A stretch of 64,000 nt of DNA from an uncultured Flavobacteriales bacterium (GTDB lineage Bacteria; Bacteroidota; Bacteroidia; Flavobacteriales_D; Crocinitomicaceae): the NCBI GenBank assembly GCA_943788855.1, contig CALSRW010000001.1:713529-777528 (forward strand), written 5' to 3'. Shown one piece after another: positions 10,703-19,116 of the stretch (positions are counted from its first letter, which is position 1; every line of letters begins with the position of its first letter). The translations under genes and the position numbers were made by a program. A model generated the notes under the pieces. It worked only from the letters and a program-made list of their open reading frames with translations. It did not search any database and was not told the origin of the DNA.

Positions 10703-11580
10703 TTGAAAATAAAAGCCTTTACAGCGTTACTTCCTTAATTGAATCAAAGACTATTCAAAACGTATTTTATAAAATGGAATGTGATCAGCCTTCTTTTTCT
10801 TTCAAGATAAGAGGCATGGAGAGACTTTGTAGGTTTCATTTAGAAAAAGGGGTGAAACGATTTATCGCCTCTTCTGGAGGAAACGCAGGGTATTCCTTGG
10901 CCTATGTTGGTCAACAATTAGGTCTAGACGTTTCGGTTATTGTTCCTTCGACGACCTCATCATACATGATGGATAAAATTGTAAGTCTTGGAGCTAAAGT
11001 AGAAATGTTCGGTGATGTCTGGGATGAGGCCAATGTACGCGCACTTGTAATAGCAGAAAAAACGGGTGCTGTTTTTGTTTCTCCTTTTGACGATCCATTA
11101 CTTTGGGATGGGCATTCTACGATAATAGATGAATGCAAAATCCAAATGAAAAAACCTGACCACCTCGTGGTTTCTGTGGGGGGGGGCGGATTACTCTGTG
11201 GAATTATAGAGGGGTTAAAAAGAAACCTCTGGTCAGATGTGAAAATCACGACTGTAGAAACCACAGGCGCTGCCTCATTTTATGAAAGCTGGAAGGCCCA
11301 AAAGGTCGTTGAGCTAAAAGAAATAAATACCATAGCAAACACCTTGGGGGCAAAAAGAATCACGGAAAAGGCTCTTTCTCTTGCAAATCAATTTCAGGTA
11401 ACACCGCTTCTTGTTTCTGACGATGAGGCCGTGAAAGCCAGCGAACTCTTTTATAAGGAAACATCGAAAAAAGTGGAGCCCGCATGCGGAGCCGCTCTCT
11501 CTATTCCATTTCTTTACCCTGAGTCTTTTGATGAAAATGAACGTGTTTTGGTCATTGTCTGCGGAGGGGCAAATGTTTAA
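10699..11580 (+). CDS. PLP-dependent serine/threonine dehydratase-like enzyme
   Basis: SFKIRGM carries the PLP lysine, followed by SSGGNAGYSLAYVG and the glycine loop VSVGGGGLLCG. An ATGA overlap joins it to the upstream gene. Confidence 0.7.
   Translation: MIENKSLYSVTSLIESKTIQNVFYKMECDQPSFSFKIRGMERLCRFHLEKGVKRFIASSGGNAGYSLAYVGQQLGLDVSVIVPSTTSSYMMDKIVSLGAKVEMFGDVWDEANVRALVIAEKTGAVFVSPFDDPLLWDGHSTIIDECKIQMKKPDHLVVSVGGGGLLCGIIEGLKRNLWSDVKITTVETTGAASFYESWKAQKVVELKEINTIANTLGAKRITEKALSLANQFQVTPLLVSDDEAVKASELFYKETSKKVEPACGAALSIPFLYPESFDENERVLVIVCGGANV
11178..11186 (+). repeat. G9 homopolymer inside the coding sequence
   Basis: The codons gtg ggg ggg ggc encode the GGGG loop, giving nine consecutive G. 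Confidence 0.9.
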
Positions 11581-11641
11581 CCATACTATTTAATCATCAG
11601 CTATTTAAAATTTTCTAACTTAGATTAAACATCGTTTTATT

Positions 11642-11998
11642 GTGAAATTTATTAAACCCTCTATGAATCCTTTTTTTGCCGTAATGCAGGCTCTATTGGT
11701 TTTTTTCGTGCTAAGTTCTTGCGCAACTGATCCAGTATGTGACTGTTTTGAAAACAGACTTGCTCTTAAAAAATTGCTTAATTCTGCAAATGGCGATTTC
11801 GACAAACGTAAAAGAATCCAAAACACTCAAGAATACAAAGACTTAAAAGCAAAAAAAATAGAATGTCGTGATAAAATTGAACCTGAATACTTCAAGGAAC
11901 ACAAGATTGAAAGAAATGATAGGGGAGACAAACAATTCTTAATGGAAGAGTTTGGCGATTGCGAAGCCGTCGTTGATTTAATGGAAGGGAATTATTAA
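11642..11998 (+). CDS. Hypothetical lipoprotein
   Basis: GTG start and a lipobox-like VLSSC after a hydrophobic leader. No family recognised. Confidence 0.4.
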   Translation: MKFIKPSMNPFFAVMQALLVFFVLSSCATDPVCDCFENRLALKKLLNSANGDFDKRKRIQNTQEYKDLKAKKIECRDKIEPEYFKEHKIERNDRGDKQFLMEEFGDCEAVVDLMEGNY

Positions 11999-12012
11999 AC
12001 AGGACACTTATT

Positions 12013-13263
12013 ATGGAGGTCATTAAAAAATATTGGAAGCCCATCTTGGCAATTCTAACCATCGTTTATCTTGTTTGGTCAATTGCCCTTATTTCTGAAT
12101 CTAAAAAACATTCAGAAAAGGCCCAACATGAAAAAAACAAAATAGCTGACATCTTAAATTTTAATGACCGCCTTCTGAATTTCCAAGAATGGGTATCCGA
12201 GGATGAATGGAAAAGAAAAGAAAAGAAATATAATCAGGTTCTTTTAGAGGCTGATAATCACAATACCCAAGCGCTTGATAAAGGCTATACTTTAATCTAT
12301 ATCAGTATTGCTTTTGGCCTTCTTGTAGTGTTGCTTTTATATCGAGTAAAACCGTTTTTTGCTTTCGCTTTTTCCTTGACGGTAGTTGCACTAACGCTTC
12401 TGCTTGAGGGAGTGCTAAACCCCATGTTAGAAGTTGGGGCTTATAAAAAAAATCTGACTGTAAAAGCAAAGGTGAAACCCATTGAAACACCGGCATATGA
12501 TTACGGAATGATGAAGGTAGACAGTATGGATAATAACCTTGACTCTATGGTAGACTCATTAGATTCAAAAATCACATCTATAACCAATGACATTCATGAA
12601 AAATCAATAAACGCCCAGGCCAAGTTAAATAACTTGAAAAGTTTTTCATCTAAGATCCCGTTTTATGGCTCGGACTTAACAAAAAAAATCAATTCAATGT
12701 CTTCGTTTATCGATCCATTAACAGAGATTACCCATCCCTTAAATGATCACCTCCTTCAAGTTAAAAACTTAAAAACTGTTTTAATGGATACGCTTAAGTC
12801 TGTAGCAGATTCTTATGCAGATACAACCTATGGTATTGACAAGGTTTTTCCGGGGCGGACGTATTTTTATTACCAAAACAAAGGTGTTTTTGATATTATG
12901 AATATTTTATTTAAATCAAAAAATTACATTGTTGGGGTTTGTATTGGGTTATTTAGCTTTATTATTCCTTGCATTAAACTTGGCGCATCTCTTTTCTTTC
13001 TTCTGTTTCCTCGTTTTTCTTCAAAAAGAACTCAAACTGTACTGTCCTTTATCAGTAAATGGAGCATGGCAGATGTTTATGTTGTTGGGGCCTTTCTATC
13101 TTATCTCAGCTTCTCTAACATGAATCCAGGTGTAGATGTCGAGGCAAACATCGTTTTTGGTTTATATTTCTTTCTTTCTTATGTCATTATTTCTGTCTTT
13201 TTAGGAGGGGTTCTCAAGCGCAGCCTGGAAGAATCCTCCTCGGTTTCAATAAAAGATGTTTAG
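12013..13263 (+). CDS. PqiA-like (paraquat-inducible protein A family) integral membrane protein
   Basis: The C-terminal IIPCIKLGASLFFLLFP...SKWSMADVYVVGAFLSYL resembles the PqiA repeat. There are several TM segments and a long helical insert. Confidence 0.45.
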   Translation: MEVIKKYWKPILAILTIVYLVWSIALISESKKHSEKAQHEKNKIADILNFNDRLLNFQEWVSEDEWKRKEKKYNQVLLEADNHNTQALDKGYTLIYISIAFGLLVVLLLYRVKPFFAFAFSLTVVALTLLLEGVLNPMLEVGAYKKNLTVKAKVKPIETPAYDYGMMKVDSMDNNLDSMVDSLDSKITSITNDIHEKSINAQAKLNNLKSFSSKIPFYGSDLTKKINSMSSFIDPLTEITHPLNDHLLQVKNLKTVLMDTLKSVADSYADTTYGIDKVFPGRTYFYYQNKGVFDIMNILFKSKNYIVGVCIGLFSFIIPCIKLGASLFFLLFPRFSSKRTQTVLSFISKWSMADVYVVGAFLSYLSFSNMNPGVDVEANIVFGLYFFLSYVIISVFLGGVLKRSLEESSSVSIKDV

Positions 13264-13323
13264 ATAAATACTTGTGTATTAATGCTTTTGCACGATATTT
13301 GTCAATAACTAAAAACAATAACG

Positions 13324-14481
13324 ATGAAAAAATTCATTTTTTTGGCATGTCTATATGCTTTGCCTGCCTCAGCACAAAATATTGATGATAATTTTGTGAC
13401 TTTCAATTATACGCAACTCCCTCTCACGAGTGTTGAAGAAGGTTTACGTTCTTATAGATTTGAGATTGTTACGGATGTTGAAGGGGCGAATATGGACAGT
13501 ACCTCAACATACCAGATACGCATAGACAATGCTGTTAGTATTTATCAAAAAAGGATGGATACTTGGTTGTCTAAAATGTCTCTTTTGCAGCAGCAAGAAA
13601 ACTCTTCAGGAGTATCTCAATCTATGAATTATCCAGCAAAGCCTTCTTTAGACTTGGTTCTTAAGCCCGTTCAGCACACTGTTTCTACAAACGCTACTGC
13701 TGCGGGTATAAAAATCAGTGAGTTTAGCGAGGGAGAAAATGGATTACTCGTGAAATATACACTCCTCCCTGTTAAAAATATTCGATTTAGTTATGCAAAA
13801 AAAGGAACCGGTGCGAGCACAAAATATGATTATAAATGCAGCTACACCCTTCAAGCAAAAATGGAGGTTATTGATCCAAATAATACGGTTTTGTTTGAAA
13901 AAATTGTAGGTGGTACTCAAATTAAAGGCTTAGGTAAATATAAAAGCACTTACGACTTTGCAAAATGGTACATGAATAATCGCGGCTCTTTTTATTCTCA
14001 AATAGAATCTGAAGGAAGAAAGGCGGCGATTTCTGGTTCTGCAGGGGCTTTAGATAGCCAATTTGGATACATCAACAAGTCAAGAAAGGCCGAAATGTAT
14101 TCTGTAAAAAAATACAAGGATTATGATTATACAGATGTGATTTTAGCCTATGATCAAACCACGGAAGCACTCTTAAAAGTAGGAGACAGCCGAGACAGAA
14201 GTGAGGCTATGGATGCTCTTGGTAATGCAAGAGACATGTGGTTGAAAATACTTGAAGAGAGCAACCTTCAAAACAAAAAAGAAAGAATCAACAAGAAAAT
14301 TTCTGCAATGATTTGGTGCAATCTCGCAGAAATTGCCGTTTGGATGGCAGACTTCAACGAAGCTGATAACCAAGTATCAAAAACAATGAACTCTGGAGTA
14401 ATTAAAGCCAAGAGTCACATTAAGGGAGAAAAGTCTTTCTACGCAGATCAAAAAAATCGCTGGAGCGCCAACTTTGAATAA
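13324..14481 (+). CDS. Hypothetical secreted protein
   Basis: Signal peptide MKKFIFLACLYALPASAQ in a long uninterrupted ORF. No family recognised. Confidence 0.5.
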   Translation: MKKFIFLACLYALPASAQNIDDNFVTFNYTQLPLTSVEEGLRSYRFEIVTDVEGANMDSTSTYQIRIDNAVSIYQKRMDTWLSKMSLLQQQENSSGVSQSMNYPAKPSLDLVLKPVQHTVSTNATAAGIKISEFSEGENGLLVKYTLLPVKNIRFSYAKKGTGASTKYDYKCSYTLQAKMEVIDPNNTVLFEKIVGGTQIKGLGKYKSTYDFAKWYMNNRGSFYSQIESEGRKAAISGSAGALDSQFGYINKSRKAEMYSVKKYKDYDYTDVILAYDQTTEALLKVGDSRDRSEAMDALGNARDMWLKILEESNLQNKKERINKKISAMIWCNLAEIAVWMADFNEADNQVSKTMNSGVIKAKSHIKGEKSFYADQKNRWSANFE

Positions 14482-14517
14482 GGTTGTTTCGCTAGATTTG
14501 TTGCAAAAAGGTTGAGT

Positions 14518-15612
14518 ATGGAAAACTTTCATGTTGATGAGGATATTAAAAAAGCCGAAACCTTACCTGCCACATTTTACCGCAGCGATGAGGTCTTTGA
14601 GCTTCTAAAAGAGCGTGTTTTTAAAAGTTCGTATCAGTGGTTTGGAAGCCTTGATGACTTGCTGCCTCAGGAGTCTTATGTCAAACCCCTTTTGTTTGTT
14701 GAGGGACACCTTGAAGAACCTTTTTTCATAAGAAAAGATGCAAAACTTGGATTGACTTGTTTTTCAAATGTCTGTACACACAGGGGCAACCTCATCTTTC
14801 ATCACGAGGGTGTTTCAAAAAGAATTGCCTGTGGGTATCACGGAAGAACCTGGAAAACAGACGGTGAATTTAAATTGATGCCAGAATTCAAGGATGTTGA
14901 AGGTTTTCCCAGATCATGTGATCATCTTAAATCATTCCAAACCGCACAATTAGGTCCACAGCTTTTTGTTGGAATCGAGCCCAATATTGATATAGAAAAT
15001 GTTCTTTCTAAAATGAATGAAAGGATTGGTTTTCTGCCTCTCAATGAATTTAAATTTGACCCCTCTCAAAGCAAGGATTATTTAGTGAACTGTCATTGGG
15101 CGCTCTACTGCGACAATTACCTTGAAGGCTTTCATATTCCTTTTGTACATGAAGACCTCAATGCCGCTTTAGATTATGGCAGCTATACCACCGAGCTCTT
15201 TGAAAAAGGGTCATTACAGATTGGTTATTCCTCTGGAGGAGAAGAGGTTTTTGATCTTCCAAGCGGTCATCCAGATGAAGGAAAAGCTGTTGCTGCATAT
15301 TACTATTGGTTATTCCCTAACATGATGTTCAACTTTTACCCTTGGGGTCTTTCAGTAAATGTGGTCCGTCCCATTTCTAAAAACAAAACACGTGTACTAT
15401 TCAGGTCTTATGTCTGGGATGAATCCAAACTAAGTGCTGGTGCTGGTGCTGTTTTGGATAAAGTAGAGAGGGAAGATGAATTTGTAGTTGAAGGTGTTCA
15501 AAAAGGCCTTCAATCACATACATATAAAACAGGGCGTTTTTCACCAACAAGAGAGCAAGGCGTGCATCATTTTCATAGAGCTTTAGCAGATTGTCTTAAA
15601 GGTTCTCGATGA
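14518..15612 (+). CDS. Rieske [2Fe-2S] aromatic-ring-hydroxylating oxygenase alpha subunit-like (choline-monooxygenase-like)
   Basis: Rieske motif CTHRGNLI...CGYHGRTW, then the mononuclear-iron region NYLEGFHIPFVHEDL. The track start at 14512 is TTG, and the ATG is at 14518. Confidence 0.75.
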   Translation: MENFHVDEDIKKAETLPATFYRSDEVFELLKERVFKSSYQWFGSLDDLLPQESYVKPLLFVEGHLEEPFFIRKDAKLGLTCFSNVCTHRGNLIFHHEGVSKRIACGYHGRTWKTDGEFKLMPEFKDVEGFPRSCDHLKSFQTAQLGPQLFVGIEPNIDIENVLSKMNERIGFLPLNEFKFDPSQSKDYLVNCHWALYCDNYLEGFHIPFVHEDLNAALDYGSYTTELFEKGSLQIGYSSGGEEVFDLPSGHPDEGKAVAAYYYWLFPNMMFNFYPWGLSVNVVRPISKNKTRVLFRSYVWDESKLSAGAGAVLDKVEREDEFVVEGVQKGLQSHTYKTGRFSPTREQGVHHFHRALADCLKGSR

Positions 15613-15628
15613 ATTTGTTGTCTAAAAC

Positions 15629-15901
15629 ATGATGCTAAATTTTAAAAAGTTGTATCATGAGCATTGTGATATGGTATATAACCTAGCGCTGAACGATGTG
15701 CAACAAGTTGAAGATGCGTAGGAAATTACTCAAAATGTTTTTTTAAAAATTTACCACAAACAAGTGTTCTTTGATGAACGTTCAACCTTAAAAACAGAAG
15801 ACTGTTCTTTTTCTTCTTAAAAATGAAGGGTTGAATCAGAAGAGACCGCACGAAAACAACATAAAACGGAGTTAAAGCGTTTTTTATTAAAATGCTGTTG
15901 A
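15629..15901 (+). pseudogene. ECF (sigma-70 family) sigma factor relic
   Basis: MMLNFKKLYHEHCDMVYNLALNDVQQVEDA*EITQNVFLKIYHK matches sigma region 2, with an in-frame TAG at 15719-15721 where E is expected. After about 60 codons the reading jumps to a region-4-like VLFLLKNEGLNQ.. piece in other frames. The middle of the gene is missing. Confidence 0.7.
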
Positions 15902-16031
15902 TAAGACTATTAGAGTCGGTAATCCTGTTTTACTTTTAAAGTGGTGAATCCTTTATGTAGTAATTAAAACATAATGCATGGGTATCCACTAAATATTTAT
16001 AGTTAAATTTCTACATGAATCAATCCCATTT

Positions 16032-16814
16032 ATGAAAACGAAAGAAGAAATTGTAACCAATTGGTTGCCTAGATATACCGGCACTCCCCTCGAAAACTTT
16101 GGGGAATATATTTTACTGACCAACTTTATTGGATACGTCAATATTTTTGCTCAGAAGTATGATGTAAAAACGATGGGCACGGATAAAGCCATGCAAACAG
16201 CAACTCATGGTAATATTACCATTATTAATTTTGGAATGGGTAGCGCAATGGCCGCTACTGTTATGGATTTACTATCAGCAATTACACCAAAAGCTGTGTT
16301 GTTTTTGGGCAAATGCGGAGGCTTAAAAAAGAAAACTGTTTTGGGGGATTTTATTATTCCTATGGCAGCCATACGTGGCGAAGGAACAAGCAATGAATAC
16401 TTGCCTCAAGAAGTTCCTGCTCTGCCCTCTTTTAGGTTACAACGGACAATTTCATCGGCTATGAAAGAGTTTGAAACCGATTACTGGACGGGTGTTATTT
16501 TTACTACAAACCGAAGAGTTTGGGAACATGACGAAGCGTTTAAAAACCGCTTAACCGAGGCTCGTGCTATTGGAATTGACATGGAGACAGCTACCCTGTT
16601 TACAGCTGGTTTTGCAAACGGGATTCCCCGGGGGGCCTTGCTCTTGGTTAGCGATAATCCCATGATACCTAGTGGTGTAAAAACAAGCGAAAGTGACAAG
16701 TCCGTTACTTCAAACTTTGTAGACTTACATGTAAACATTGGCATACGATCCTTGGAAGAATTACGCGACTCTGGCGATAGTGTAAAGCATATGAAATTTG
16801 ATCATCGTCCTTAG
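16032..16814 (+). CDS. amn: AMP nucleosidase (short, catalytic-domain-only form)
   Basis: PNP/UDP-phosphorylase fold motifs INFGMGSAMAATVMD, LGKCGGL and GIDMETATLF. The N-terminus WLPRYTG is typical of Bacteroidota Amn. Confidence 0.7.
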   Translation: MKTKEEIVTNWLPRYTGTPLENFGEYILLTNFIGYVNIFAQKYDVKTMGTDKAMQTATHGNITIINFGMGSAMAATVMDLLSAITPKAVLFLGKCGGLKKKTVLGDFIIPMAAIRGEGTSNEYLPQEVPALPSFRLQRTISSAMKEFETDYWTGVIFTTNRRVWEHDEAFKNRLTEARAIGIDMETATLFTAGFANGIPRGALLLVSDNPMIPSGVKTSESDKSVTSNFVDLHVNIGIRSLEELRDSGDSVKHMKFDHRP

Positions 16815-16864
16815 GCCTTTGTTGTCATTTAGCAGCAGCCTTGAAACCTCTTGTAAGAGCTCGA

Positions 16865-16966
16865 ATGGCAAAATCGATCCTTAAAAGGGAGGGGGTTGTT
16901 GCCCATAATCTGAGGGCTTGGCAAAAAGCAAATGATTTATACATCATAAAAAGAGGTCCTTATTAG
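16865..16966 (+). pseudogene. Possible N-terminal fragment of a four-helix-bundle (23S-IVS-type) protein gene
   Basis: The 33-codon ORF MAKSILKREGVVAHNLRAWQKANDLYIIKRGPY* contains L-x-(V/A)-WQKA-x-x-L, the hallmark N-terminal motif of that family. It stops after about a quarter of the usual length. Confidence 0.3.
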
Positions 16967-17710
16967 CTACACCCATGAATAAGTAATCCCTATAACGTCC
17001 TCTAGATTAACCACAGCATGGTGACAGCCGGCCGGAATATATACGACTTCCTTTTCATGTTGAATAAAAACCTGTAACTCATCCAATGCTCCCGGCTCAG
17101 AGAGCTCCGTATAGGCATCAAGAAACCATTGCATTGCGCTTGTTTTAATCTGACCGTAGCGCATGTTTTTGGTTTCTACAAATCGATTGTTTTTATCTGA
17201 ATAAGGAAACATAATCCACAGCTTTTTGCCTGATACAAGATAATTGAGGGCTTCTGAATGAATATGTAAATGCGTTCCAGAGTACTTCCCTCCAGCGAAG
17301 AGTCTTGAAATTCTTAAATCACGGATAGTTTTTTTTTTGAAAAAAGAGGGCATTGGTATTAGCTCGGGAATTAAGGAACATGCAATAGGGTCCTTAAGAA
17401 TATTATGAAAAACATATTTACGATTATCCTTTGGCATTACGCGCTTTATGAATTCATCAAAACTCAATGATCCCACGAGTTTTGTAGCCTCTCCTGATGT
17501 GGCATACTGTACTTCGACCTCCTTCAGTTTGGAGCAGAATGGTCCTTCAGCAATCAAGTCTGGCATGGTCAATAAATGAACCTTTTTCTTTAAAGAACTG
17601 AGGTTTTTGATTGTGCTGTACTCTCTTTGTAAAGGAGCTAATAGCGAAATCCCTTCGAGGTATTGCCCAAAGCGCTTCTCACTGTTTTTCTTTTTAAAAA
17701 TTCCAAACAT
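16967..17710 (-). CDS. Cupin-like / JmjC-domain protein
   Basis: GTHLHIHSEALNYLVSGKKLWIMFPY and YIPAGCHHAVVNLEDVIGITYSW fit the JmjC/cupin metal-binding pattern (H-x-H...H). Confidence 0.6.
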   Translation of the reverse strand: MFGIFKKKNSEKRFGQYLEGISLLAPLQREYSTIKNLSSLKKKVHLLTMPDLIAEGPFCSKLKEVEVQYATSGEATKLVGSLSFDEFIKRVMPKDNRKYVFHNILKDPIACSLIPELIPMPSFFKKKTIRDLRISRLFAGGKYSGTHLHIHSEALNYLVSGKKLWIMFPYSDKNNRFVETKNMRYGQIKTSAMQWFLDAYTELSEPGALDELQVFIQHEKEVVYIPAGCHHAVVNLEDVIGITYSWV

Positions 17711-17846
17711 GGTTCAAAAATCGATTTGCTCTAAAATACAAAAAAGGCTAAACCAAAAACCGAAACGGGGCAGGTTTGTCATTTGGGCTATCCAGTGAAT
17801 ACGGCCTGGTGGAATTTGACTGGTACAGCTTATGTTCGAGATATAT

Positions 17847-17854
17847 GGGGGGGG
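17847..17854 (+). repeat. G8 homopolymer in a non-coding, GC-enriched spacer
   Basis: The sequence atatatGGGGGGGGtaatg was read directly. Confidence 0.9.
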
Positions 17855-18167
17855 TAATGCTGATTTTAATGAAGTTCTTCTAACCAAACGAACACAAGCG
17901 GTGGTGGTGTCTTTTTCACATAGCCCTGGATTTATCTACTTGTAACCAATGGCATGTCTATTTTGATTTTCGTGCTTGGGAAGGTAACGGTGCTTAAGGC
18001 TTGGCCTTCTGATTTTTAGACGTCCCTCCTACCGGCTTTTTTTTCTGGCGGTGGTTTTGGTGATATTGATGTTAATGTACACAAAACATTTAGAATAGTA
18101 CATCATTAACATTTTTTATGTTATTTCTTGGTGTTTAATGGGTTATCAGGGTAAATCGTTAAAAACC

Positions 18168-19067
18168 ATGAACAAATTTGCATCACTCATCGTTGTGCCC
18201 ATTTTACTGCTTGGGTGCAAAGAAAACTCCGCATTGTCAGATGTTGAGCTTTCTGATCCAAAATTAATTTCTCCAGAAATAACCATTACCAAAACACTCA
18301 ATAACAGGGGTAGAGAACAGACAGAGCTTGTTGTTTTCCTTAATGACAAAAACAACAATAGTATAGATCTATTAAAAGGTGGGGTTACACTTAATAATGA
18401 AAAACTAGGAATACAAACAGAATGGGGAGGGGCGCCATATTACACCTTAAACAATCTGGAACTTTATGCGAATACCAAATACAACTTTGTGGTTTCTCTA
18501 GCAAATGACAATAGCTATAACTGCAATGTTCTCTCTCCTGGAGATTTAATTAACTCATTTAATGTTCCGGAATATCATAACATGAACAACGACTTAAGTG
18601 TTTCATGGGGAAATTTGACTTCAAATGCGTCAACCCGTTATGCTCTCGAAATTTCAAATGACAACACTCTTTCTAAAGAAATAAACTTAAGTCAAAGTGT
18701 TATAAAAAATGGCGGATATATTATTTCTTCCCGTCTTTTAAAACAGCTCAGTGAAGGGCAAAGAGGTGATTTTATCATTACGTTGAAAGCATCAACAAAA
18801 GGAAAGGTAGATCACCGTTTTGACGGAGGAACCATAAAATTAATACAGCTTATAAACCGGCAAGTAACACTAGATTTAGGTGAAGCGGATGCAGCTATTT
18901 TCACCAATGAAGACAGCGAAGAATACCAACACAAGGTTGCGCCAAAAACCCCAAAATTAGTTCCCGAGTTTGGTTGGTTGAAATTCGTTCTAACCGGTGC
19001 TGGCGGACTTCTCTTCGGGTTTCTTTTATTTTCATTTATCCAAAAAAGAAAAAACAAGAAGCAATAG
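18168..19067 (+). CDS. Hypothetical lipoprotein with C-terminal TM anchor
   Basis: MNKFASLIVVPILLLGC lipobox. The C-terminus has the hydrophobic stretch LKFVLTGAGGLLFGFLLFSFI followed by a KRKNKKQ tail. Confidence 0.5.
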   Translation: MNKFASLIVVPILLLGCKENSALSDVELSDPKLISPEITITKTLNNRGREQTELVVFLNDKNNNSIDLLKGGVTLNNEKLGIQTEWGGAPYYTLNNLELYANTKYNFVVSLANDNSYNCNVLSPGDLINSFNVPEYHNMNNDLSVSWGNLTSNASTRYALEISNDNTLSKEINLSQSVIKNGGYIISSRLLKQLSEGQRGDFIITLKASTKGKVDHRFDGGTIKLIQLINRQVTLDLGEADAAIFTNEDSEEYQHKVAPKTPKLVPEFGWLKFVLTGAGGLLFGFLLFSFIQKRKNKKQ

Positions 19068-19116
19068 AATTGATCCAATGTGGTGTTTACTGTTTTTTCG
19101 TTTGTACTTTTGAGTC

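Noticed and set aside
15719-15721. The in-frame TAG in the sigma relic as evidence for stop-codon reassignment or an alternative genetic code.
   Set aside because: TAG, TAA and TGA all terminate well-supported genes in this window at positions consistent with full-length homologues, for example TAG at 57405-57407 and 63242-63244. The relic also has other lesions.
16624-16635. CCCCGGGGGG, an imperfect C4/G6 palindrome-like run inside amn.
   Set aside because: It encodes IPRGA in frame in a conserved region of the enzyme. It is a single occurrence with no partner motif.
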